A stretch of 64,000 nt of DNA from Candidatus Saccharimonadales bacterium (GTDB taxonomy: Bacteria; Patescibacteriota; Saccharimonadia; Saccharimonadales; DATKHC01): assembly GCA_038317055.1 (NCBI GenBank), contig JBBQBA010000001.1, positions 280,153 to 344,152 of the forward strand, read 5' to 3'. Shown in pieces: positions 38,846 to 49,115 of this stretch; position 1 is the stretch's first letter; each line of letters begins with the position of its first letter. The position numbers and the translations under genes are program-made. The notes beneath the pieces were generated by a model. It did no database searches and was not told the origin of the DNA. It saw nothing but the letters and a program-made list of their open reading frames with translations.

Positions 38846-39826
38846 TTAATAACCTTTGCGCATTAAATGCCAAAGATAATCTCGATCAATATTAGAAACT
38901 TTCCTAATTTTATTACGCTTCAATAAAAATAATGGGCTTCTAAAAATTCCTGCTATCCTCCCCTTAGGAATTATCCATGATGTTTTATTCTTACCAAGTC
39001 GCCGTAAATGTCTAAACGTTTCAATGTCTGATAAAAATATTCTTGGGGTAAGTTTGCAAATGGTAATAAATGGAAGATTTTTAAAAATAAGTCCCGTGTT
39101 ATTTCTAAATGTTAAGTATAACGAGAACCCGGGATTTTTACCTGAACTTGCTGAACCCATGTGGTAAGCCTTTGTACCTGGTACTAAATAGTTGTCCCAA
39201 CCCATTACGGTTGCTCTAACAGCAATATCTACATCTTCTAAATACATAAACATAGTTTCATCAAAAAATTCTTTTTTATATGGTTGTTCATCAATAAAAG
39301 CTCTGGTGATTAAACAAGCTGCTGCGTTTACTCCAAAAACTTTCATGGGCCCCATTTCCGATTCATAATCATCTCTCCATGAACCCTGAGTTGCTTGCCC
39401 GTTTTGTGCAATATATATATGTGTTGAATCTATTATGCTTTGATCATAATAATCCAATGTAGTACTTTGCAAGCATGCAGCTTTAGGTTTATTTTCTGTA
39501 AATATAATAAGCTTTTCTAGCCAGTCATTATCTAATCGAGCATCAGTATTTAGAAGCGCGATGAAACCAACTTCTTGATCCTTAAGGGCTTCATTTATTC
39601 CAACATTATTTCCTTTAGCAAATCCTAAGTTCTTTTTTGATTCAATTACAATTGCTTCTGGCATTATTTTTTTAATCGTAATGACTGAGTCGTCAGTAGA
39701 CCCATTATCAACTATTATAGTTTTATGATTCTTGAATGTTTGATTTTTTATAGAGTCTAAGCATTCTTCTAGAAGATCATTATTATTCCAGCACACTATT
39801 ACAAAGGCAGCATTTGGTTTATTCAT
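38846..39826 (-). CDS. GT2 glycosyltransferase (WbbL/rhamnosyltransferase-like)
   Basis: AAFVIVCWNNNDLLEECLDSIKNQT, VDNGSTDDS, LNTDARLDNDW and MYLEDVDIAVRA. Size is 326 aa. Confidence 0.75.
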   Translation of the reverse strand: MNKPNAAFVIVCWNNNDLLEECLDSIKNQTFKNHKTIIVDNGSTDDSVITIKKIMPEAIVIESKKNLGFAKGNNVGINEALKDQEVGFIALLNTDARLDNDWLEKLIIFTENKPKAACLQSTTLDYYDQSIIDSTHIYIAQNGQATQGSWRDDYESEMGPMKVFGVNAAACLITRAFIDEQPYKKEFFDETMFMYLEDVDIAVRATVMGWDNYLVPGTKAYHMGSASSGKNPGFSLYLTFRNNTGLIFKNLPFITICKLTPRIFLSDIETFRHLRRLGKNKTSWIIPKGRIAGIFRSPLFLLKRNKIRKVSNIDRDYLWHLMRKGY

Positions 39827-41513
39827 TGTAGTCTACCTCGGGTGGTATATTTGGTAGCTTTTGTAAACCATACTCAACCTTATATTCTATAAAGTTAGGA
39901 GTAAAGTATTTAGTACTAGTTGCCGATAGTTTTGAGTCGCCAACATACTTGAACTCAACGGATCCATTAAGACAAACTTGCAGGTTTTCTTCCAGCATTA
40001 TTTTTTCAAATTGTCGTGGATTAAATAAATTCTTTGTATAGCAATCAGATAAATTCTCAACAATATTTCTTCTAACAACAAGGCATCTTCCAGTTAGACT
40101 ATCAAGATTTCGCATCCAATTACTATTACCAAAATAAGTGTGTGCATTTTTACTGTACCCTTTAAATATTTCTAAGTATTGATTGTCGACTTTAATTAAT
40201 CCTGTGTCTCGAATAGTGCATTTATCATTTTCTAGAATCATTGGTGCAATTGCACCAACCAATTTATCTTGAGAAAGTTGAGAAGCAAGATTTGTAATTG
40301 TATTTTCCTTAATCGGAATTACTCCTGCTCCTAATACTACAAATAGATTGGCATCTGTTTTATTTAAAGATTCACTTATAAATTTTGAATAATCTTTCTC
40401 ATTTAAATATATTATCTCGTCATTTTGGTCTGCTTTGTCTTTCTCTCCATAAGTAATTATTTGTATGGCTGGATCAGTTTTATGTATATATTGAGTAAGT
40501 AAAGCCCCTTGATGTTTAGAAGATAGTGGGAGGATTAATACAGCAACCTTAAAATTGTCGTCCATCTCATATTTTATGTGATAGTATCCTGGTTGTTTAT
40601 AGTCAGGTATTACCTTAGCATTAATATTATTTCTCTTAAGATGATCTGCTAGCACACTTTCACCTGCTAAACGTATGTTGTCCTTAATTGAGAAATCATT
40701 GGCAGTTGAAGTTTCTGTCGTCCTCCAATGATAGAGAACCTTAGGTACGTGAACTATATTAGGATTTTCATCAATAATACGCAAATATAAGTCATAATCT
40801 TGCGCACCGTCAAAACCAGATCGATAACCTTCAATTTTATTAAGTACTTGACGTCTTATTAATGAAAAGTGGTTTATGTAATTTGCGTGCCTAAGCAATT
40901 GAGGTGACCAGTCTGGTTTAAAATGTGGGTCGAATCGGTCCGTCCCACTAGCATTAATTTTATCTTCATCGCTGTATATTAGACCAGCATCTTGATTGTC
41001 TTGTACTGAATTAATCATTTCAAACAATGCCTCTGGTGCTAGGAGGTCATCATGATCTAGTAATGCAACATATTTGCCTATAGCTACTTTGATACCAGCA
41101 TTCGTATTTCCTGCAATACCTTCATTTCTTGAAATATTGACAGTTTTAATTCTTGTATCTATAAGCGTGCACTTTTCTGTTTGTCTACGACAATCCATTG
41201 AAGAAGAAGCATTTACTAAAATTAACTCCCAGTTTTGATAAGTTTGATTTACTACGGAATAGATCATAGGCATGAAATATTTAGCCGGTGGATTAAATAC
41301 AGGAACTACAATACTAACTTTAGGTTCGTAATCGAGGTTTTTATATTTAACCCAAGTATAGGGTTCAGTTCTTTCTATCCATTCTTTATAATTAACATCT
41401 ACCGGTATTGGTTCTACTATTTTAAATATTTGAGCAATTCTTCTTGCGAATCTAAAGCGACGAGAGCCTGGAGGTAGAAATAATTTTCCAGTATTTTTTA
41501 ATTTTGTTTTCAT
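39819..41513 (-). CDS. two-domain GT2 glycosyltransferase
   Basis: KVSIVVPVFNPPAKYF...VVNQTYQNWELILVNASS...ALLDHDDLLAPEAL...GAQDYD forms a GT2 domain. A second Rossmann-like region follows. Size is 564 aa. Confidence 0.75.
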   Translation of the reverse strand: MKTKLKNTGKLFLPPGSRRFRFARRIAQIFKIVEPIPVDVNYKEWIERTEPYTWVKYKNLDYEPKVSIVVPVFNPPAKYFMPMIYSVVNQTYQNWELILVNASSSMDCRRQTEKCTLIDTRIKTVNISRNEGIAGNTNAGIKVAIGKYVALLDHDDLLAPEALFEMINSVQDNQDAGLIYSDEDKINASGTDRFDPHFKPDWSPQLLRHANYINHFSLIRRQVLNKIEGYRSGFDGAQDYDLYLRIIDENPNIVHVPKVLYHWRTTETSTANDFSIKDNIRLAGESVLADHLKRNNINAKVIPDYKQPGYYHIKYEMDDNFKVAVLILPLSSKHQGALLTQYIHKTDPAIQIITYGEKDKADQNDEIIYLNEKDYSKFISESLNKTDANLFVVLGAGVIPIKENTITNLASQLSQDKLVGAIAPMILENDKCTIRDTGLIKVDNQYLEIFKGYSKNAHTYFGNSNWMRNLDSLTGRCLVVRRNIVENLSDCYTKNLFNPRQFEKIMLEENLQVCLNGSVEFKYVGDSKLSATSTKYFTPNFIEYKVEYGLQKLPNIPPEVDYNE

Positions 41514-42388
41514 TTATATATGTTTCTAACTTTACTAATTTTTTTTGCCATCTTCCACGATTTAGAATTCTTAATCTCGTTTATTTCTTTTTCTAGTAAT
41601 TGAATTCGTTGGTCTTTAACTATGATCTTTTGATCACGTGCTGTTATCACCTGCATTAACTCATCATGTGGATTTATATATTGTAGCTTTCTTGAGCTTA
41701 CTCGCAAATTACTATCAACTTTTGCAGTACCAATAAACTGAAATACAAAAGCTTTAGTGTCTTTTAAATGTTCGTAAAATTTACTGTTTGCCTCAAGACC
41801 ATTATCCTTTAGCCATTCATCAATTACACTTTTTGGATATTCATAAACCGTTGGTTTCATAAGTTCAATTTTGTAACCTGCAGTATTAAAGATATTAAAA
41901 ACTTCTTGTTCATCATAATAATGTAAGTGAGTCCTATCCAATAAACCCGTACTTGTATATTCAAAAAAACCTTTTAATAAACTTAAACGTATAGACACAT
42001 GTGCCATATTTGGTATAGAGAAAAGAATTTTACCATTTGGTTTTAATGATTTTTTTATCTTCTTAAGAGCATTAACTGGATTTAATAAATGTTCTAGAAC
42101 ATCAGCAAAAATAATTATATCGAACTTTCCTAAATCTTTGATATCGTCGGTTTCAATATTTCTTACATATGCTTTGTTTAGAACTTTTTTTGCTTTTTGT
42201 ATATCGTCATTATCAATATCTATGCCGATAACTTCACTGTTTTTGTCATTAACTAAAACTTCTCCGAAATGTCCACTACTACAACCAATATCAAGTATTC
42301 TACTTTTCGGTGTAATGAAAGAGTATAAATTTGCCCAACTATTATTCTCAGAGTCTGGTACAAATAAATTGTTTGTGTAATTAGACAA
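41510..42388 (-). CDS. class I SAM methyltransferase with C-terminal coiled coil
   Basis: ILDIGCSSGHFG and IIIFADVLEHL. The C-terminus is DQKIIVKDQRIQLLEKEINEIKNSKSWKMAKKI. Size is 292 aa. Confidence 0.7.
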   Translation of the reverse strand: MSNYTNNLFVPDSENNSWANLYSFITPKSRILDIGCSSGHFGEVLVNDKNSEVIGIDIDNDDIQKAKKVLNKAYVRNIETDDIKDLGKFDIIIFADVLEHLLNPVNALKKIKKSLKPNGKILFSIPNMAHVSIRLSLLKGFFEYTSTGLLDRTHLHYYDEQEVFNIFNTAGYKIELMKPTVYEYPKSVIDEWLKDNGLEANSKFYEHLKDTKAFVFQFIGTAKVDSNLRVSSRKLQYINPHDELMQVITARDQKIIVKDQRIQLLEKEINEIKNSKSWKMAKKISKVRNIYK

Positions 42389-42389
42389 T

Positions 42390-43061
42390 TTAGTAACCTA
42401 CTGTTTCGTGGCCTGTCATATGATGAGAAGGTTCATCCACCTGGGCCTTATCAAAGACTATAATACTGTCATAAACATGAAATCCTTTAATCGTTCTTGT
42501 GTAATTATTTACTACGAAACTTTCTGCATCTTTCGAATGCCAAGCATTAATATCATCCATTATTCTTTTAGCATATTCTATAAAAGTTCCAGACTTTCTG
42601 TAGCCACCGTCATAATCTTTCCAGTAACTCGTGTGCAAATCTTCGATTAAAAAAACACCGTCATCATTTACATAAGGATATACTTCTTCGAAAGTATTAA
42701 TCTGTTGATTCATAGTGTGCCCACCATCTTCAATTACTACATCAACGTTGCCTATCTTTTTCATAAGCTTTCGTAGAAAATCTCTATCTTCTTGATCACC
42801 AATGTATATTTCTATACCTTTCTCTTCCAGTGACTTACATTTAGGATTTATATCGACCCCAATTATGCGCGCCTTTTTACCAAAATAATCACGCCACATC
42901 TGAAGAGAACCACCTTGAAATACTCCAAATTCTAAAACAGTAATTGGTTTGTTACGATATTTCTCAAAGTGATTATTATAAATATCAAAATAATGTAACC
43001 ACTTATGAATTAGTTTGCCATCATTTTTCTCAAAATATTTTTGTAATGGATTATTTGACAT
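42390..43061 (-). CDS. CmcI/'cephalosporin hydroxylase'-family SAM methyltransferase (sugar O-methyltransferase-like)
   Basis: IHKWLHYFDIYNNHFEKYRNKPITVLEFGVFQGGSLQMWRDYFG...IEDGGH. I prefer the ATG at 43061, 2 nt after the wzt stop, over the track's TTG at 43073. Confidence 0.65.
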   Translation of the reverse strand: MSNNPLQKYFEKNDGKLIHKWLHYFDIYNNHFEKYRNKPITVLEFGVFQGGSLQMWRDYFGKKARIIGVDINPKCKSLEEKGIEIYIGDQEDRDFLRKLMKKIGNVDVVIEDGGHTMNQQINTFEEVYPYVNDDGVFLIEDLHTSYWKDYDGGYRKSGTFIEYAKRIMDDINAWHSKDAESFVVNNYTRTIKGFHVYDSIIVFDKAQVDEPSHHMTGHETVGY

Positions 43062-43063
43062 AT

Positions 43064-44230
43064 TTACTCCCAATCACCCTTTAGTCTAACTAGACCTTGA
43101 AATTTATCATTTGGGTTCATCTTAATAATAAACTCAGGTCCATGGTGTTCAAAATCAATAGTATCTCTAGCAGTTTCACCAAATAAACCAGCTACTAGAT
43201 GATATTTCCCTGGACCTAGTGCTAATTTAACCTTATAAGTGACTACCCTTTTGGATACATCAATATCTTTATCTAGGGTATTATCACCAAACATATATTC
43301 GCCGCTATTTTTATGAATCGCTAAGCCTAAGTTTTTCACTGAGCTTAACTGTTCGGGCCAACTTATTTTTATTTTCATTTCTTCAAAAATATCAAAATCC
43401 GTCTTAGATTTGTTGTCTTCACTGTTGATCTTTAAGTCAATATTTGTACCGGGTTTCCTATCGTTACTACTTCGAATTGCTTGTTCTGTTTTCTCCATGT
43501 TTAGTTTTGAGTATTCAGTTGCAATCTCTTGGGGATCTCCAGATTTTACAATTTTTCCGTTATTTATAAGTATAGCTCTGTTACAAAATTTCCTTACAAT
43601 CTCCATATCGTGAGTTACCAATACAACCGTTCTACCATCAGCTTTATATTTTTCAAATATATCAATACATTTTTGTTGAAAAGCTTCGTCACCTACAGCT
43701 AACACTTCGTCAAGAATTAGAATATCCGTATCTGCTCTGATTGCGATAGAAAAAGCTAATCTTACCTGCATCCCAGAGGAATAATTTTTGAGTTTTTGAT
43801 CCATAAATTTTTCTAATTCAGCAAACGCAACAATCTCTTTATACATACGACTTACTTCTTTACGATTAAAACCAAGTAATGCACCATTTAAAAATACGTT
43901 TTCGCGCCCTGTTAATTCTGGATTAAATCCCACTCCAAGTTCTATGAATGGAGTTAGTTTCCCGTTTACGTCAATCCTTCCCTTGGTAGGAGTGTAAATA
44001 CCAGCAAGTATTTTTAATAAAGTGCTTTTACCACTACCATTCCTACCCACTATCCCATAGAAGTCACCTTTGTTTATATCAAGCGAAATATCCTTTAATA
44101 CTTCTTGTATTTCGAAAGTCCTTTTAGATCTGTAGAAGTTAATTATTGCTGACTTTATTGAGCCCTGCTTTTCGTGTGGCAACTTAAATGTCTTGCTTAG
44201 TTCTTTTACAGAGATAACAATTTCACTCAT
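43064..44230 (-). CDS. wzt: polysaccharide ABC exporter ATPase (Wzt/TagH-type) with C-terminal extra domain (~140 aa, Wzt_C-like)
   Basis: Walker A GRNGSGKST, ELGVGFNPELTGRENVFLNG, signature YSSGMQVRL and Walker B ILILDE. A beta-rich tail follows (..KISWPEQLSS..LVAGLFGE..). Confidence 0.8.
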   Translation of the reverse strand: MSEIVISVKELSKTFKLPHEKQGSIKSAIINFYRSKRTFEIQEVLKDISLDINKGDFYGIVGRNGSGKSTLLKILAGIYTPTKGRIDVNGKLTPFIELGVGFNPELTGRENVFLNGALLGFNRKEVSRMYKEIVAFAELEKFMDQKLKNYSSGMQVRLAFSIAIRADTDILILDEVLAVGDEAFQQKCIDIFEKYKADGRTVVLVTHDMEIVRKFCNRAILINNGKIVKSGDPQEIATEYSKLNMEKTEQAIRSSNDRKPGTNIDLKINSEDNKSKTDFDIFEEMKIKISWPEQLSSVKNLGLAIHKNSGEYMFGDNTLDKDIDVSKRVVTYKVKLALGPGKYHLVAGLFGETARDTIDFEHHGPEFIIKMNPNDKFQGLVRLKGDWE

Positions 44231-44232
44231 AA

Positions 44233-45036
44233 CTAAATATTCTCCGCAAAATACTTAGATTCTTTTCGGAAATAATAAATACCGCCAACGAAAGCGAGAA
44301 TAACGATTGCAAATGGGATATATACATACCAACCACCATTAAATAATTGTTGGGCAGTTACCGTAGATTTTGTTACTGTAAAATATCTTGCTGATTGAAT
44401 AGCTTGGGCCATTGGATTAATAATTAGAAATTTCTGAAGACTTATATTAGTAATTCTTGATAGTGGGTATAATATTGGCGTTAAGTAAAATCCAGCTTGC
44501 AGAAAAACTTCCCAAACATAAACAACATCTCGATATTTTACAAATGCTGCGGACAAAAATAATGATACACCAAATGAAAATATATAAACTTCGAGTAAAA
44601 TTAGCGGTAGGATCACCACTGATATGTGAATTGGAACATGATTTATATACATAAAAAATGCTACAACCACTAAGTTAAGAGTAAGGTTTATGACCGCAGC
44701 TATACTACTAGATAAAACGATAATCCACCGAGGAATTTTTATTTTACGGATTAAATCACCTCTACCAACTATCGAGCCTAAACTTTGGAGAGTCATTTCA
44801 CTGAAGAAATTCCAGATGACAATCCCCAGTAATAGATAGACTGGATAATGTGGTACTCCCGTACCAAGTTTTAAAAACTTAACAAATACAATGTAAAGAA
44901 TTATGAATATTAACAGGGGCCGTAACAGAGACCAAGCATATCCTAGAACAGAGCCTTGGTAGCGAAGCTTAAAGTCCGTTCGAACAAGTTCTGAGAGTAA
45001 TGCCCTGTTCTGTTTAGATATGATACGTTTAAACAT
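44233..45036 (-). CDS. wzm: polysaccharide ABC exporter permease (ABC-2 type, Wzm/TagG-like)
   Basis: 267 aa with six TM helices. The N-terminus LVRTDFKLRYQGSVLGYAWSLLRPLL is the classic ABC-2 permease motif. Confidence 0.85.
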   Translation of the reverse strand: MFKRIISKQNRALLSELVRTDFKLRYQGSVLGYAWSLLRPLLIFIILYIVFVKFLKLGTGVPHYPVYLLLGIVIWNFFSEMTLQSLGSIVGRGDLIRKIKIPRWIIVLSSSIAAVINLTLNLVVVAFFMYINHVPIHISVVILPLILLEVYIFSFGVSLFLSAAFVKYRDVVYVWEVFLQAGFYLTPILYPLSRITNISLQKFLIINPMAQAIQSARYFTVTKSTVTAQQLFNGGWYVYIPFAIVILAFVGGIYYFRKESKYFAENI

Positions 45037-45076
45037 ACAGTATGAGTTATTATAGAGAAAATGAGAACTGAAGTCG

Positions 45077-46075
45077 ATGATTAAAACAGCTGTCGTTATA
45101 CCAAATTGGAACGGTAAAAGTTCGTTGGGTACATGTTTAGATTCACTAATAATTCAATCTATTAAAACTACTATCATTGTAGTTGAAAATGGTTCGAAAG
45201 ACGGGTCGTTAGAATTTCTTCAAAATAACTACCCTGATATACAAATTATTATTAATAAGCAAAACTTAGGTTTTGCAGGTGGAGTGAATTTAGGAATAAA
45301 ACATGCTATCGGGTTAAAGGTTGATTATGTAGCATTATTCAATAATGATGCAGTTGCAGATAAGAATTGGTTAAGCTCATTAGTTAAGGTAATTGATGAT
45401 GATAAAAATATTGGAATAGTAACCTGCAAATTGCTAAGCATAGACAAAAAACATATCGACAGTACCGGAGATTTATATACAGTCTGGGGATTACCATACC
45501 CACGCGGTCGTGGCGAGATTTCTAGTAATAAATATGATGATATGCGTAACGTTTTTGCAGCAAGTGGCGGAGCTAGTTTGTATAGAACAGAATTATTTAA
45601 AGATATTGGATATTTTGACGAAGATTTTTTTGCATATTATGAAGATGTCGATCTTAGCTTTCGTGCTCAACTTCGCGGCTGGAAAATTCAGTATGTTCCG
45701 GAAGCAACAGCTTTTCATCAAATTGGTGCAACAAGTAAAAAAATAAAAGGGTTTACTACCTATCACACTATGAAGAATCTACCTTGGTTATTTTGGAAAA
45801 ATGTACCAACTCGATATTTATTTATTATTGGCTGGCGTCTAAGTTTTGCTTATTTCCTATTTTTAATAAGTTCGTTACTTCGAGGTAATGGATGGTCTGC
45901 AATAAAAGGCTTAATTGTGTCGGTTTTATTCTCACCAAAAAAATTAATGCAAAGATTATCGATCCAGTCTCATAAACAAGTTAAGTCAAATTATATTTGG
46001 GATATAATCGTTCATGATTTACCTCCCAATGCGAGTAAGCTTAAAGCACTTAGATTAAAATGGCATAAAACCTAA
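45077..46075 (+). CDS. GT2 glycosyltransferase (WbbL/rhamnosyltransferase-like) with C-terminal TM region
   Basis: TAVVIPNWNGKSSL, VENGSKDGS, FNNDAVADKNW and YYEDVDLSFRAQLRGWKIQYVPEATAFH. Size is 332 aa. Confidence 0.75.
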   Translation: MIKTAVVIPNWNGKSSLGTCLDSLIIQSIKTTIIVVENGSKDGSLEFLQNNYPDIQIIINKQNLGFAGGVNLGIKHAIGLKVDYVALFNNDAVADKNWLSSLVKVIDDDKNIGIVTCKLLSIDKKHIDSTGDLYTVWGLPYPRGRGEISSNKYDDMRNVFAASGGASLYRTELFKDIGYFDEDFFAYYEDVDLSFRAQLRGWKIQYVPEATAFHQIGATSKKIKGFTTYHTMKNLPWLFWKNVPTRYLFIIGWRLSFAYFLFLISSLLRGNGWSAIKGLIVSVLFSPKKLMQRLSIQSHKQVKSNYIWDIIVHDLPPNASKLKALRLKWHKT

Positions 46076-46133
46076 GGGAGTTTAAATATCTTTAGGTTTG
46101 GATATGTCTTATGGTTGTTATAACATTCTATTT

Positions 46134-47960
46134 ATGTGCGGCATCGTAGCTTATAGCGGAAAATCAACTCAAACACTAGATACTTTAATATCTGGTTTAA
46201 AAAGACTTGAGTATAGAGGATATGATTCATCAGGAATTGCAGTAATTAGTGATAATGGCGTCTATTGTCAAAAATCTATTGGAAAAATCGTAGAGCTTGA
46301 AGAGGCGATTAACAATAACCCACCAGGTAACCTAGGCAATATTGGTATTGCGCATACTCGTTGGGCAACTCACGGTTTAGCAACAGTTGAAAATGCACAT
46401 CCTCAACAAAGTTTTGATAAAAAAATATCAGTAGTCCATAACGGTATTATAGAAAACTATCAGGAGCTCAAAAGTAAGCTTGAAAAGTCCGGAATTGTTT
46501 TTAAAAGTGAGACGGATACTGAAGTAGTTGCTCAACTCATTGCTAGTTTATACAAAGATGATCTTCGAGATGCTGTACTCGAAGCATCTGATTTACTGGT
46601 GGGAGCTTTTTCTCTAGCTATTATTTGTGCAGATGAACCACATAGATTAATTGGCGTAAAAGTATCAAGCCCTCTTGTAGTTGGTGTAACACCCGAGGAA
46701 GTTATTTTAGCCTCTGATGTTTCAGCAATCATAGAAAGAACTAAGGAAGTTATTTACCTAGAAGATGGTGAACTTATAGATATTAAAGGTCATGAATTTG
46801 AAGTAGTTAATTTAGATAACGAGACTAAAGATAAGTCTTTTACACATGTAGATTGGGATGTTGAAACTGCAAATAAAGGCGGTTTTGAACATTATTTAAT
46901 TAAAGAAATTATGGAGCAACCTAAAGTAATTGAAGACTCTATTAGAGGTAGGTTTATTGAATCTGAAGCAGATATTAGGTTTGGTGGCTTGATAGATGTT
47001 CGTAACAAACTTAAGAAAATAAATAGAATTGTATTACTAGGTGTTGGTACTTCATATTACTCTGCAAAGTTAGGTGAATTATATTTTAATGCTTTATCTG
47101 GAATCCCAACCACAGCACTTATGTCACCAGAATTTAGATATACAAAAAACATAATAGATAAAAATACTTGGGTTATTGCAGTATCACAATCAGGAGAAAC
47201 ATCAGATACAATTGCAGCAATAAATGAAGCAAAAAAACATGGAGCACTTGTAACTGGGGTTGTAAACGTTGTTGGTTCAACTGTTTCGAGAATAACAAAT
47301 GCCGGAGTCTATAATCATATAGGCCCAGAAATATCTGTTGCATCTACAAAAGCATTTACTTCACAAAGCTTAATTCTACTCATGCATGCTGTGTTACTTG
47401 GACGATCTAAAGATCTTGGATATTCTGAGAGTTTAGAAATCATCATGGCTATTAAAAAGTTACCTAATGTTATAGCTGAGCTATTAAAAGAAAAAGGAAA
47501 GATCGAAAAAGTCGCACAATCTATCAAGGAATCGACGAGCTTACTATATATAGGCCGTCAATATAACTATCCTATCGCCCTAGAAGGTGCACTTAAATTA
47601 AAAGAAATATCGTATATACATGCGGAAGGTTTAAGTGGCGGTGAGTTAAAGCACGGCTTTATAGCATTAATCGATGACAAACTAACTACTATTGCCCTTG
47701 CAACACAAGACACAGTAACCAGTAAAATGCTTTCAAATATAGCTGAAGTAAAAGCTAGGGGTGGCCGAGTGATAGCAGTAACAAATAATGAAATTGATGG
47801 CATTGATGAAATTATTAAAGTTCCATACGTAGGATCAGATTATATTCAACCTCTAGTTAACAATGTAGCCTTACAGCTTCTTGCGTATAACGTAGCTAAA
47901 ATTAAAGATCTTGATGTAGATCAACCTAGAAATCTTGCAAAAAGCGTAACAGTAGAATAA
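46134..47960 (+). CDS. glmS: glutamine--fructose-6-phosphate aminotransferase (isomerising)
   Basis: MCGIVAY, with the catalytic Cys directly after Met, sets the start at the ATG at 46134 rather than the track's 46098. Other motifs are GIAHTRWATHG, two SIS domains and the C-terminal ...PRNLAKSVTVE. Confidence 0.92.
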   Translation: MCGIVAYSGKSTQTLDTLISGLKRLEYRGYDSSGIAVISDNGVYCQKSIGKIVELEEAINNNPPGNLGNIGIAHTRWATHGLATVENAHPQQSFDKKISVVHNGIIENYQELKSKLEKSGIVFKSETDTEVVAQLIASLYKDDLRDAVLEASDLLVGAFSLAIICADEPHRLIGVKVSSPLVVGVTPEEVILASDVSAIIERTKEVIYLEDGELIDIKGHEFEVVNLDNETKDKSFTHVDWDVETANKGGFEHYLIKEIMEQPKVIEDSIRGRFIESEADIRFGGLIDVRNKLKKINRIVLLGVGTSYYSAKLGELYFNALSGIPTTALMSPEFRYTKNIIDKNTWVIAVSQSGETSDTIAAINEAKKHGALVTGVVNVVGSTVSRITNAGVYNHIGPEISVASTKAFTSQSLILLMHAVLLGRSKDLGYSESLEIIMAIKKLPNVIAELLKEKGKIEKVAQSIKESTSLLYIGRQYNYPIALEGALKLKEISYIHAEGLSGGELKHGFIALIDDKLTTIALATQDTVTSKMLSNIAEVKARGGRVIAVTNNEIDGIDEIIKVPYVGSDYIQPLVNNVALQLLAYNVAKIKDLDVDQPRNLAKSVTVE

Positions 47961-47990
47961 TTATCTTTGTGACATAATAAAGGGCAATAT

Positions 47991-49115
47991 ATGAAACTAG
48001 TAATAGATGCTCGAGAATCTGGAACTTCAACTGGAAGATACATAGATAAATTAATTGAGCATTTACATAAATCTCCAACAAACTTTGAAGTAATTATTTT
48101 AACTAAAAAACATAGAATTGATTTTTTTAATAAATTTGCAACTAAATATCATGTAGTTGAATCTCCATATAAAGAATTTACATTTGCTGAACAATTAAAG
48201 CTAAATCGACAACTCAATAAAATATCACCTGACTTAGTGCATTTTGGGATGGTACAACAACCAGTCTTATATAAAGGCACCGTTATTACAACTATGCATG
48301 ATCTAACAACGACAAGATTTAAAAATCCTTCTAAGAACCCGCTTGTTTATGCGTTTAAGCAAATGATATATAAATGGGTAAATCGGGTTGCAGCACTAAA
48401 ATCTAACGCAATCATTACACCCTCTGAGTTTGTTAAAGACGATGTTGCTAAATTCGCAAAGATTAATAGTCGAAAGATTAGCGTGATTTATCAAGCAGCC
48501 GACAAGATTACAGACAAAGCAGAACCAATCGAAGAACTGATTAATATCAAATTCATAATGTATGTTGGACGACCACAACCGCACAAAAACTTGTATAGAC
48601 TAGTAACTGCTTTTGCTGATTTAAAGAAGAAGAACCCAGAACTAAAGTTGGTCCTAGTCGGAAAAGAGGATGTAGTTTATGACCAATTGAAAACCTGGGT
48701 AAGGGGTAATAACATTAAAGACGTAGTATTTACGGGTTTTATTAGTGAGGGTAGTCTGAAATGGTTATATGAAAACTGTAGAGCATATGTATTCCCAAGT
48801 CTGAGTGAGGGTTTTGGTTTACCTGGACTAGAGGCAATGCGACATGGCGCTCCGGTTGTTAGCAGTAATGCTACATGCTTACCGGAAATATATGGTGACG
48901 CAGCCCATTATTTTGATCCAAATAGCACTGAGGATATTACAGCTAAGATAAGTGAGGTATTGAAAAGCAGCAGCCTAAGGACTGAACTAACTAGAAAAGG
49001 TCATATTCAGGCAAATAAGTATTCTTGGAATAAAACGGCAGAGCAAACACTTGAGCTATATAAGGCTGTTTTAAAAGAAAGTAGTCTATCTACTTCTGAA
49101 CCGGCTTCAAAATAA
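47991..49115 (+). CDS. GT4 (group 1) glycosyltransferase
   Basis: The C-terminal region is PSLSEGFGLPGLEAMRHGAPVVSSN...PEIYGDAA (EX7E type). Size is 374 aa. Confidence 0.75.
   Translation: MKLVIDARESGTSTGRYIDKLIEHLHKSPTNFEVIILTKKHRIDFFNKFATKYHVVESPYKEFTFAEQLKLNRQLNKISPDLVHFGMVQQPVLYKGTVITTMHDLTTTRFKNPSKNPLVYAFKQMIYKWVNRVAALKSNAIITPSEFVKDDVAKFAKINSRKISVIYQAADKITDKAEPIEELINIKFIMYVGRPQPHKNLYRLVTAFADLKKKNPELKLVLVGKEDVVYDQLKTWVRGNNIKDVVFTGFISEGSLKWLYENCRAYVFPSLSEGFGLPGLEAMRHGAPVVSSNATCLPEIYGDAAHYFDPNSTEDITAKISEVLKSSSLRTELTRKGHIQANKYSWNKTAEQTLELYKAVLKESSLSTSEPASK

Noticed and set aside
46098-46133. Upstream TTG start for glmS given by the ORF track (MDMSYGCYNILF-MCGIVAY)
   Set aside because: GlmS requires the catalytic Cys as the first residue after Met removal. 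The ATG at 46134 gives MCGIVAY, so the 12-codon extension is an ORF-calling artefact.
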